Source of the DNA: an uncultured Bacteriovoracaceae bacterium
GTDB taxonomy: Bacteria > Desulfobacterota > Desulfomonilia > UBA1062
Assembly (NCBI GenBank): GCA_964572405.1
Contig: CAZNGL010000001.1
Location: 11,553-75,552, forward strand
Length of the DNA: 64,000 bases
Direction: 5' to 3'
Shown: positions 28,745 through 36,888 of the stretch, in pieces
How the letters are laid out: each line of letters starts with the position of its first letter
Position numbering within the stretch: position 1 is the stretch's first letter
Position numbers and translations under genes: made by a program
Notes under the pieces: generated by a model
Databases searched by the model: none
What the model was told of the DNA's origin: nothing
Seen by the model: only the letters and a program-made list of their open reading frames with translations

Positions 28745-30232
28745 TCAGATGGGGTCGAAATCGAAGCCGAACATCCGGGGGTTCTCGCAGATCACCGCTG
28801 CGGAGAAGATGTAGTACACATAGTCATAGGTCTCCTTCGGGATCCTGGCCTTCTTCATGAGCGACCAGAAGTTCCGCTCCCTGGGATTCTCGGGCATGCT
28901 CCGGAGGATCTCCCTGATGTTGTTCTCGCCCCAGTTGTACGAGGCCATGACCAGGAGCCCGGATGCCTGGGCCTCGGTGTTGTTGATGTCCCTGAGGTAC
29001 CGGGCAGCGGCCCTGGTCGCCTTGGCGGCATGAAACCGTTCGTCGAAGGGGTCGAACACCGGATCTTCGTACCTCGGGCCGATCTTCAGCCCGTAGTGCT
29101 CCGCGGTCTCGGGGATGAACTGCCACATGCCCTTGGCATAGCCGTACCTGGTGGCCCTGCCCACCGCATTCGGCAGAAACTCGCTCTCCCTCAGCGCCAG
29201 GAAGAGGAACTGCCTGGGCAGGTTGTTCTCTTCAAGGGCCTTTTCGATCATGGCGATGTACCCGTAGGTCTGCGCCCTTTCGACGGCGGTCTGCAGTCTT
29301 CCAGTGGACTTCCACATGGCGATGTAGCGCATCACCTCGTTCACGAACCCCTCCGGCACGTTCACGTCGCACTCGCCGAAGGTGCGGGCCATCCGGAAGA
29401 TGACCTGCTTCTCCAGGGGCGCCTTCTTGTACACCCCGATCTCGGAGACGAAGTTGTCGTACTGCCTGGACAGCTCGCCCAGCTGCCTCCGCTTTTCGAG
29501 CAGGTCCTCGACCTGCGCGCTGTCGGCGTTCAGCAGGACGATGTCCTCGAGCTGCCCGATCTGGATCTCCAGGGCCTTCATGGCGTAGAAGATCTTCTCC
29601 GCCGTCCCCCGCATGGCCTCGAGCTTGGCATTCTGGCGCGCGATGACCTGCTTCTGATGGTAGATGACCGCGCTCGTGATCCCTGCGACGAGAACTGCCG
29701 CGCCGAGCACCGCGCCGATGACATACAGGTACTTCTTCGATTTCTTCCTGTGCGCCCGTTCGAAGGCCCGCCGGAACATGAGGGTCTGCTCGCCCGCCTC
29801 CCCGGCGTCCTTCTTCTCGAAGTAGTGCCTGATGATCTGGGTCTCGGAGGCGAACCCGGGGGGTGCTTCCGGTGCTTCCTCCACCATGGGCGGAGCCGGC
29901 CGCTCGATGGTGAGCTCCAGCAGCGGCCCGCCTTGTCCGAGCTCGATCCGGGCGCTGTCCGGCAGCACCACCTCGGTGACCCGCTCGCCGTTCACGAAGG
30001 TGCCGTTGGTGCTCCCCAGGTCCCTGAGGAGCCACTGCCCTCCGTCAAGGACCACCTGGAGGTGGGTGCGGCTGATGCAGTCGTCCTCGATCCTCAGGTC
30101 GCAGCTGCTTCCCCGGCCCACCAGGAAGGTCGTCTCGAAGCGCTTCTCGGCCTCGGCGGTTTTTCCCTTCTTCACCTCCACCCGCACGGGGCAGGGGGTT
30201 GTCACGGGCGAACCTCTGTCTTCGTCCACCAT
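28745..30232 (-). CDS. FHA domain - TM segment - lytic transglycosylase (SLT domain) fusion protein
   Basis: N-terminal FHA (TFLVGRGSSCDLRIEDDCISRTHLQV...GSTNGTFVNGERV). TM (YLYVIGAVLGAAVLVAGITSAVIY). C-terminal SLT motifs (ESEFLPNAVGRATRYGYAKGMWQFIPETA, LLVMASYNWGENN). The start was set at an internal ATG (MVDEDRG); the upstream part of the track ORF is an artefact. Confidence 0.75.
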   Translation of the reverse strand: MVDEDRGSPVTTPCPVRVEVKKGKTAEAEKRFETTFLVGRGSSCDLRIEDDCISRTHLQVVLDGGQWLLRDLGSTNGTFVNGERVTEVVLPDSARIELGQGGPLLELTIERPAPPMVEEAPEAPPGFASETQIIRHYFEKKDAGEAGEQTLMFRRAFERAHRKKSKKYLYVIGAVLGAAVLVAGITSAVIYHQKQVIARQNAKLEAMRGTAEKIFYAMKALEIQIGQLEDIVLLNADSAQVEDLLEKRRQLGELSRQYDNFVSEIGVYKKAPLEKQVIFRMARTFGECDVNVPEGFVNEVMRYIAMWKSTGRLQTAVERAQTYGYIAMIEKALEENNLPRQFLFLALRESEFLPNAVGRATRYGYAKGMWQFIPETAEHYGLKIGPRYEDPVFDPFDERFHAAKATRAAARYLRDINNTEAQASGLLVMASYNWGENNIREILRSMPENPRERNFWSLMKKARIPKETYDYVYYIFSAAVICENPRMFGFDFDPI

Positions 30233-30261
30233 CCGGGTCCCGGTTTCTTTCGTGCGGTCCT

Positions 30262-31098
30262 CTACCGCCTGCGCGGGCTGCCGGGGCTGCCCGCCTGGGC
30301 GGCCTCCCTGCGGAGCCTCTCCCGCGTGCGTGCCGGCGAGGCCGATGTTGCGGAAGGGGCAGGTGGCCTCACCCGAGGGGTCAGGGTCGGAGGCGGAGCG
30401 GGACGCACCGGACCGCTGGTGCGCGGTATGGCCGGGGCTCCCCGTGCACGGGCCGGGTGACCCGGCCGTGCCGCGACGGACACCGGCTGCAGGGTCAGCG
30501 GCGGGTCCCGGCGGGCGGATACCGGCCTCCGGCCGACAGCTTCCCGCGCTAACAACTCGCGTTCCATATGTTGTACTACGCGCGTCTCCCGGACATCCCG
30601 CGGCTGGCCTGACGTGCCCGACACCGCCCGGTGCGTGGCGATCCAGCCCCTCCGGTTGGAGATGATCATCAGCTGGGAGACGTGTCCCGTGGCCCTGGCC
30701 CGGTCCATGGCGGTCCGGGAGTCCATGCCGGCACTGCGGTCCACCACGTAGGTCATGGCGGCGATCGCATCGGTCCGCAGGGCGTCGAGGTCGGAGATCA
30801 CCTGACGGCACCAGGCCGCCACCGGGTCCGTGGTGGCAAAACGGTCCTGGGGGGTACCCGCCGTCAAGGTGGCATCCCCGCGCCTGGACTCAGGGATCAG
30901 CATCCGCCACTCCTCGGGTATGTACCGTTCCCGGATGGTCTGGTAGGACGGCGGAGGGATAACTCCTTCCACCTCGGGGAATTCCCTCAGGAGGAGGGTG
31001 TGCATGACCTCCGGGTCGTCCAGGTTCAGGTGCGAGTTCCGGTACCGCTCCCTGATGATGTAAAGCATGTCCAGGAATTCTTCAGCAGTGACGTACAT
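30262..31098 (-). CDS. Hypothetical protein with Pro/Arg-rich C-terminus; first gene of the minus-strand TPP operon
   Basis: ATG 31096-31098 preceded by GGAGGTGG. The N-terminal ~170 aa is globular-looking; the C-terminal ~100 aa is low-complexity P/R/A-rich. No family recognised. Confidence 0.35.
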   Translation of the reverse strand: MYVTAEEFLDMLYIIRERYRNSHLNLDDPEVMHTLLLREFPEVEGVIPPPSYQTIRERYIPEEWRMLIPESRRGDATLTAGTPQDRFATTDPVAAWCRQVISDLDALRTDAIAAMTYVVDRSAGMDSRTAMDRARATGHVSQLMIISNRRGWIATHRAVSGTSGQPRDVRETRVVQHMERELLAREAVGRRPVSARRDPPLTLQPVSVAARPGHPARARGAPAIPRTSGPVRPAPPPTLTPRVRPPAPSATSASPARTRERLRREAAQAGSPGSPRRR

Positions 31099-31129
31099 CA
31101 GGCCACCTCCGCCTCGTCGTCCTATCCCC

Positions 31130-31158
31130 TTGACACATCCTGCCCGAGCCTGTAATTT
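31130..31158 (+). promoter_or_regulatory. Sigma70-like promoter for fha (near-leaderless transcript)
   Basis: TTGACA (31130-31135), 17 nt, then TAATTT (31153-31158) with TG immediately upstream. Predicted TSS ~31165, only ~4 nt before ATG 31169; no SD. Confidence 0.35.
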
Positions 31159-31168
31159 CTCCAGACGT

Positions 31169-32149
31169 ATGAAGGAACTGCCGGTCATCCTCGTCCAGCT
31201 TGTGCACATCCAGGGCCCGCTCATGGGCCAGATCCAGGAATTCACCGAGGAGAAGATCACCATCGGCAGGCACCCGTCGTGCAGCGTGCAGTTCCCCACG
31301 GACCTCACCACCATTTCCCGCACCCATGCCGAGCTCGTGCGGGAGGGCAACCGCTACAAGGTAACTGACCGCAGCACCAACGGCACCTTCGTCAACGGCA
31401 AGCGCGTCACCGAGGCCTTCCTCAAGGACGGCGACGTGATCATGTTCACCGAGGGCGGCCCCAAGGTGAGTTTCCTGGCAAAGATCACGGATGCCGTCAT
31501 GAAGGAGCCCGCTCCTGGGCCGGCCGCACCGGAGCCCCCTCATGCCGGGCCTCCTGCGACACCTGCCCCAAAGCCCGGAGCGCCCGCGGAGCAGACTGCT
31601 CCGGCGAGGCCCGCCCGGTCGGAACCGGTCGTCCCTCCTGCCCCTGCGGCTTCCAGACCCGCCCCCCAGCAGCCCGCGGCCCCCGCGCAGGTTCCTCCCA
31701 GGCCCGCCGCCGCTGCCCGGCAGCAGGTCCAGAAGGTGCAGGCCCCGCTCATGGTCCAGTTCGGGCCCATGCTGAAGTCGTACAAGGAGCTGCCCATCGT
31801 CATCGGGTCGAAAGCGGGCGCCGACTTCGTGCTCAGCGACACTGCCATCGCCGACGCGCACGCCCAGATCTTCTTCAGCCAGGACATGTACTGGATCAAG
31901 GACCTCACAGGCAGGAACCTCATCACCATCGGCGGGAAGCCCATCGGCTTCGAGGCACCGCTCAGGGCGCAGGATATCATCTCGCTCGCCCCCGGGGGAC
32001 CGTGCCTGCGGTTCCTGGGCGAAGGAAGGCTCGCCGAATGCGAGCAGGCCCCGGCCGAAGAGGAGCCGAGGCCGTCGAGACCCGCGCAGAGCGAACCTTC
32101 GAAAAAGGCGAAACCTACGAAATCCATCTTCGACATCTTCAAGAAATAA
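31169..32149 (+). CDS. fha: T6SS-associated FHA-domain protein with two FHA domains (Fha/TagH-like)
   Basis: FHA1 ITIGRHPSCSVQFPTDLTTISRTHAELVREGNRYKVTDRSTNGTFVNGKRV. FHA2 IVIGSKAGADFVLSDTAIADAHAQIFFSQDMYWIKDLTGRNLITIGGKPI. A Pro/Ala-rich linker separates them. It lies divergent to the kinase/phosphatase operon. Confidence 0.75.
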   Translation: MKELPVILVQLVHIQGPLMGQIQEFTEEKITIGRHPSCSVQFPTDLTTISRTHAELVREGNRYKVTDRSTNGTFVNGKRVTEAFLKDGDVIMFTEGGPKVSFLAKITDAVMKEPAPGPAAPEPPHAGPPATPAPKPGAPAEQTAPARPARSEPVVPPAPAASRPAPQQPAAPAQVPPRPAAAARQQVQKVQAPLMVQFGPMLKSYKELPIVIGSKAGADFVLSDTAIADAHAQIFFSQDMYWIKDLTGRNLITIGGKPIGFEAPLRAQDIISLAPGGPCLRFLGEGRLAECEQAPAEEEPRPSRPAQSEPSKKAKPTKSIFDIFKK

Positions 32150-32162
32150 TACATCTGCGTCT

Positions 32163-32570
32163 CTAGCAGTTCATCAGGATCCGCTCGCCGTCTATCTTCA
32201 CGTCGTCGTTGGCCTGGACGTTCACGTTCCCGAGCTCCGCCGTGATGTTCTGGATGCGCGCCCGGGTGGTCAGATCGCCATCAACGCAGATGTGTGCGTC
32301 GCCCCCGCTGGTGAGAGCGATGCCGTCGCGGCCGTGGATGGCCAGGCTCTTCGCATTGATGGCCAGGTCCCCGTCGGTCCTGATCATGAGGCCCGTGCCC
32401 TCCAGGTGCAGCACCGGACCCTGATCTGTGACGGTGATGGTGAGGCTCACCCTGTTGTCCGCACCCGTGATCACGAGGCGGTCCTCCTGAGGGCCCTGGT
32501 CGATGAGGAGGTGTCGGTCTCCCCGGAGATCCACCACCTGGACCGCAGTCGTTGTGATATGGTCTTCCAT
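32163..32570 (-). CDS. Small beta-helix protein resembling the VgrG/gp5 C-terminal needle region (orphan spike-extension or PAAR-like cap candidate)
   Basis: 135 aa, directly downstream of vgrG (14-nt gap). Repetitive G/D/T-rich beta-strand pattern (LTITVTDQGPVLHLEGTGLMIRTDGDLAINAKSLAIHGRDGIALTSGGDAHICVDGDL). Ends ...ILMNC, as VgrG ends ...LIQNNC. Confidence 0.45.
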   Translation of the reverse strand: MEDHITTTAVQVVDLRGDRHLLIDQGPQEDRLVITGADNRVSLTITVTDQGPVLHLEGTGLMIRTDGDLAINAKSLAIHGRDGIALTSGGDAHICVDGDLTTRARIQNITAELGNVNVQANDDVKIDGERILMNC

Positions 32571-32584
32571 GTCCTGTCGCTCCT

Positions 32585-34738
32585 TCAGCAGTTGTTCTGG
32601 ATCAGCGTGCCTCTCAACTGGAGTATGCCGGCCGTTTCGAGGGTTATTCCGCTCGGCGCGATGAGTATGGACGAACCGCCCGCATCCAGGGTTATCGTCC
32701 CGCTCGGCGCCATGGTGATGGTGCCCGCCCCGCAGCTTATCTGGATCGAAGAGGTTCCTGTAATGATGACCTGATCCGCCGATGCGTCCATGACGCCCAG
32801 GGTCTTCAGGTTCAGGTTTGTGTCAGTCCGTATGAACCTGTTCCCGATGGCCTGCTCGTTGAAATCGGTCTCCACAACGGTGTTCTTGCACCCGGTGACC
32901 CTGGTGTTGTCGTCACCGCCGATTTCGCACTGACGCAGTGCGGAGACCGTCAGGCGGTCATCGCCATCGATCTCCACGCCCCTGCCGCCCTGGATGTTCT
33001 GGGCCTCTCCGTCCGTCACGGCCACGTTTCTTCCCTGCTCCACCCGGAGGGTCTCGCCTCCATGGATGGTCCGGGTGCAGCTGCCCGTCACCTCGATGGT
33101 CTCGTTGCCAGACACGTTCAGGCTCCGGTCGCCGCCCACACCCACCGAGTCGTTGGCGCCCACCGTGGCGCTCCGGTTGTTTCCCACCACGATGTTGTGG
33201 TCCTTCTGGGCGTGGATGAACACCTCCTCCTCGCCCTTCTTGTCCTCGAAGCGGATCTCGTTGAATCCGCCCCCGCCTATGCTCGACTCCGATTTGATGG
33301 TGCTCTTGGTCTTCTCGTCGGGCAGGGTGTACGGCGGGGTATGGGTGCCGTTGTACACGCTGCCGATGATGATCGGCCGGTCAGGATCGCCCTCGATGAA
33401 GCTCACGATGACCTCCTGGCCGATCCGCGGGAGCCACACGGCGCCCCACCCCATGCCCGCCCAGATCTGCCCGACCCGGATGAAGCACGTGGTGTTCTCG
33501 TCGTACTGGCCCTCCCGGTCCCAGTGGAACTGCACCTTCACCCGGGCGTGCTCATCGGTGTAGATCTCCTCGCCCTCGGGTCCGGTGACCAGGGCGGTCT
33601 GTACCCCCACGATGACGGGCTTGGGAGTGAGCAGCGGCGGCCTGAACGGGATGCTGTGCGGTATGCACACGAAGGTGTTCGTGTATGATGCCTCGGTGTC
33701 GCCGCCGCTGCCCGAAATGGGCTCGCTGGCGGCGTGGTTCAGCGCGGTGAGCACATAGGGGCGGTCGTTCATGTCGTCGCGGTGGTACTCTGCCAGGGTG
33801 AAACGGAAACCGCTGATGAACGCGCGGCAGTTGCTCGTGCCGGAGAGCACCGTGATCTGGGCCTCCTCGGCCTGCATGCGGAGGTTGGCGTACCGCTCGC
33901 CCTCGGACACGGTGAGGTACTCGCCGGGGTAGTCGTACAGCTCTCGTTCGCCCTGACCCACGGTAATGCTCGTGGGCACCTCCCACCTGAGGTCGGTGAG
34001 CGGCATGAGGAAGTTGAAGTCCTTGATGGTGTACTTGCCGAACCGTATCTCCTCCCCCCACCCGATGTTCTTGATCACGTCCTCGGTCTCGAGCGTGGTC
34101 TCGCCGGTGAGCTGGCAGCGGACCCTGTCCTGGTGGGGGCAGTCCTGGTGGACGTCGGCCGAGTCGGCCAGCACCAGCACGTGACGGCCGTCCTCGTGCT
34201 CGAAGAAGTAGAAGATACCCTCCTGCTCCAGGAGCCGGGAGATGAAGTTGAAGTCGCTCTCGTGGTACTGCACGCAGTACTCCTTGGGCTCGTAGGAACC
34301 TGAGAGCCGGAACTCGTAGTCCGCGAACTCCCTGTCAGCAAAGATCTGCTCTATGATCTGCTGCACGGTCTTTTCCTGGAAGATCCGGGAGTTCACGGTA
34401 CGGGTGAGCAGCCAGAACCAGGGCACCATGGTGGCGGAGTACGTGGCAATGTGCAGGTACTGCTCCTGGTCGGACCCCTCGCCGAGGCGCTCCTGGGAGA
34501 AGCGGCAGATGATGCCGTTGATGTACCTTCGCTCGTCGTCCGCCATGCCGAGGCATATCGTGACGCCCTGGCCGATGATGTCGCGGGGGTTGATGTTCGT
34601 GTCCTCGGATGCCAGCGTCAGCTCGAAGCTGAAGGGCTGGGAGATCCCTTCAGATCCCGTGAACCCGGTGAGCATGAGCACGTTCTCGCCCAGCGGGGTA
34701 GTGATGGAGAGAAGACGGTTTTCCTGTGTCAGTGTCAT
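32585..34738 (-). CDS. vgrG: Type VI secretion spike protein VgrG
   Basis: N-terminus MTLTQENRLLSITTPLGENVLMLTGFTGSEGISQPFSFELTL is canonical VgrG. 717 aa with gp27/gp5-like regions and a C-terminal beta-helix repeat. Confidence 0.9.
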   Translation of the reverse strand: MTLTQENRLLSITTPLGENVLMLTGFTGSEGISQPFSFELTLASEDTNINPRDIIGQGVTICLGMADDERRYINGIICRFSQERLGEGSDQEQYLHIATYSATMVPWFWLLTRTVNSRIFQEKTVQQIIEQIFADREFADYEFRLSGSYEPKEYCVQYHESDFNFISRLLEQEGIFYFFEHEDGRHVLVLADSADVHQDCPHQDRVRCQLTGETTLETEDVIKNIGWGEEIRFGKYTIKDFNFLMPLTDLRWEVPTSITVGQGERELYDYPGEYLTVSEGERYANLRMQAEEAQITVLSGTSNCRAFISGFRFTLAEYHRDDMNDRPYVLTALNHAASEPISGSGGDTEASYTNTFVCIPHSIPFRPPLLTPKPVIVGVQTALVTGPEGEEIYTDEHARVKVQFHWDREGQYDENTTCFIRVGQIWAGMGWGAVWLPRIGQEVIVSFIEGDPDRPIIIGSVYNGTHTPPYTLPDEKTKSTIKSESSIGGGGFNEIRFEDKKGEEEVFIHAQKDHNIVVGNNRSATVGANDSVGVGGDRSLNVSGNETIEVTGSCTRTIHGGETLRVEQGRNVAVTDGEAQNIQGGRGVEIDGDDRLTVSALRQCEIGGDDNTRVTGCKNTVVETDFNEQAIGNRFIRTDTNLNLKTLGVMDASADQVIITGTSSIQISCGAGTITMAPSGTITLDAGGSSILIAPSGITLETAGILQLRGTLIQNNC

Positions 34739-34806
34739 GGCCTGTCTCCTTCTGTACGGTCTATCCTCTTTCGTTCAGCCGCAGCGGTTTCTTCAGGGTC
34801 TTCCGG

Positions 34807-35964
34807 TCACGGCCACTCGGCCCGCAGCGGCATGGCATCGAGCTCGTCCGGCAGGTAGGGGCGCAGCGCCGGCGCCGATCCCCGCCAGAGAATGCTCAGT
34901 CGGTCCTCGTCCGGTTCGATGAGCACGGTGTGCATGACCGGTTCGGTGGGGTTCATCCTTCCCTTCCTGCCGTCCGTCCAGAGCCGGGGAGCCTTGGGTG
35001 GGAGCTTGATGCGGAGTGTCTCCATCTTCGGGTGCATGTTACCGAGCAGGACCTCCTCCCCCCCCCTCAGGTACGGCACGGTCAGCCCCGGCGAGGCGCC
35101 GTTGGTCATGAGAAACGCGCCCCTGGCGTCCGGGGCACGCTCGGCGGTGATCCACTCCGGTGCCAGACCACGCCGGACCTCGGCCGGCACTGCGCTCTGA
35201 GGTTCGAAGTAGGGTACGATCCCCGCGTAGGAAACGCGGGGGAACCAGCCGTAGTCATACCAGTCCGTGGCCTGGGGCAGCGGCATGCGGATCCACTGCT
35301 GGTGGTCGAACACGGCGAGCCGCTCAGGGGTGAGGGGGTCCTGCGGATCCTCGAGGTTCGGAAGCTCCGTGGCCTCAACGGCCTCTTTCTCCATTTCGAT
35401 GAGATACCCCCTGCCGCAGGGGTTGCGCGGGTAGAGGAACGGACTCGCCATGTCCAGGTCGCAGTACCTCTTATCCACGTTCGGGTGCAGTTCCAAGAAA
35501 GGGTTCCCGTACTTCCCCTCTGCCGTTCGGTCTCGTCCCCCGTACGCATGGGTGTACGCGAGCGGCACCTTGTCCACGAACTCGGGATCGGAGAACACGA
35601 TGCCCTTTCCCGGCCTGAGGGTGCAGCGCCTGTTCCCGATGACGAGGATCCGCTTCTCGTTTCTGTGCACGCGCACGCCTGCATCGAAGATGGTCCTGCC
35701 TTTCCCATAGGCATGTCCCTTGATCACGACGTCCGTGGCCGGCTTGAACGGAAAGATATCTATGTCCCGGACCAGGAGGCCCTTTATCTCTGGATGGGGC
35801 TCGGGTGCCGTCACCAGGGGTACCTGGCCGGGCGACGGTTCGCACCGGCCGTCCGGCATGATGCCGTACGTGATCTTGAGGAGGACCGCCAGGATGCTTC
35901 TGCCCTCAGGATCTCTGCCGGAAAACTGCATGAGCGTCTTTGACGGTGTGGTCTGCACTGGCAT
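34807..35964 (-). CDS. DUF2169-family T6SS adaptor protein (paralog 2)
   Basis: Paralog of the 36889..37851 product. Shared motifs AYTHAYGGRD vs LAYAYGGKDD, ELPNLEDPQ vs ELPNIEDPK, and the Pro-rich core. DUF2169 proteins are VgrG-linked adaptors (established for the Agrobacterium Tde2 system). Confidence 0.7.
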   Translation of the reverse strand: MPVQTTPSKTLMQFSGRDPEGRSILAVLLKITYGIMPDGRCEPSPGQVPLVTAPEPHPEIKGLLVRDIDIFPFKPATDVVIKGHAYGKGRTIFDAGVRVHRNEKRILVIGNRRCTLRPGKGIVFSDPEFVDKVPLAYTHAYGGRDRTAEGKYGNPFLELHPNVDKRYCDLDMASPFLYPRNPCGRGYLIEMEKEAVEATELPNLEDPQDPLTPERLAVFDHQQWIRMPLPQATDWYDYGWFPRVSYAGIVPYFEPQSAVPAEVRRGLAPEWITAERAPDARGAFLMTNGASPGLTVPYLRGGEEVLLGNMHPKMETLRIKLPPKAPRLWTDGRKGRMNPTEPVMHTVLIEPDEDRLSILWRGSAPALRPYLPDELDAMPLRAEWP

Positions 35965-35994
35965 GGTTCGTCCCTCCCTCCGGCAGTATCCGGT

Positions 35995-36867
35995 CTATCC
36001 GCCGCCCCCGTGATTCTCGGGGCCCTGTCCGTTCAGGTATTTCTGGGCCGCATCTCCCAAGGCGCCGCCGGGGGTCGACACCCCCAGGGTTCCGGCGTCG
36101 GCGCCCATGGGTCCTCCCCCGAAGAACCCGATGATGGCATTCGCCGCGTTCCCCGTCCGTGCGGGGAGTGCGGTGAAGAAATCCGCAGCGGCCTGATTCC
36201 GTGACCGGGCCAGGTTCCTGGCCGCCTGGTTGATCATGTTCCCCGGCACACCGCCCTGGCTCCTGAGCAAGGCCTTGGCAGCGGCCTTGCTCATGACCCG
36301 GGGTGCGAACCGTCCGAACATGTACCCGAGATACGGTCCCATGGCATTGCCCATCTGGTTGCCCAGGGCATTGAGGATGGACTGCACGCAGAAGTCGATG
36401 GCCATGGCATTGAATCCGAACATGACGTCCGCGAGGGTCATGTTGGTGTACACCGTGGTCAGGGCAAGGACCATGCCGGTGGGTGTGGGGATGGGGATGC
36501 CGCAGTCGAGGTTCGGGTTCAGGTGGCCTGCCAGAGCCGCCGCGATGCGCTCGTTCTGGCTCTCTGTGCTCGTCGGACCGAAATATGACTTCGACGAGCT
36601 GAAGGCGATATCGATGGGCAGGGTTTGGGAAGGCGGACCCATATGCGGGATCATGGGGCCCACGTCGGTGGGCACCTGCATGGTCAGACCGAAGCCCTGC
36701 TGGTTATGGGTGGTGGCCATTTTCGAGGTAAGGCCTGTGCCCGCCATGATGGAAGCAGTCTTGTAAGGCGCCGGAGCAGGAGCCGGAGCCGGCGACCCGG
36801 GCGGCCAGGGGATGTGGAAGTCCACGCCCATGACCGGGTGCCAGTGTTTCAATACCGCGCACAACAT
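35995..36867 (-). CDS. Candidate T6SS effector/spike-associated protein: N-terminal HWHP...DFHIPWPPG segment, poly-(AP) linker, Gly/Ala/Asn/Met-rich glycine-zipper-like C-terminus
   Basis: Sandwiched between two DUF2169 adaptor genes upstream of vgrG. The SD GAGGGAGAAG precedes ATG 36867. The C-terminal GxxxG-like repeats (GNQMGNAMGPYLGYMFG, IIGFFGGGPMGADAG) suggest membrane-active or disordered character. Similarity to PAAR-like DUF4150 N-termini is tentative (from memory). Confidence 0.45.
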   Translation of the reverse strand: MLCAVLKHWHPVMGVDFHIPWPPGSPAPAPAPAPYKTASIMAGTGLTSKMATTHNQQGFGLTMQVPTDVGPMIPHMGPPSQTLPIDIAFSSSKSYFGPTSTESQNERIAAALAGHLNPNLDCGIPIPTPTGMVLALTTVYTNMTLADVMFGFNAMAIDFCVQSILNALGNQMGNAMGPYLGYMFGRFAPRVMSKAAAKALLRSQGGVPGNMINQAARNLARSRNQAAADFFTALPARTGNAANAIIGFFGGGPMGADAGTLGVSTPGGALGDAAQKYLNGQGPENHGGGG

Positions 36868-36888
36868 CTCTTCTCCCTCTCGATGTGT

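Noticed and set aside
28637-30460. 607-aa plus-strand ORF antisense to the FHA-SLT gene
   Set aside because: Antisense artefact with low-complexity composition.
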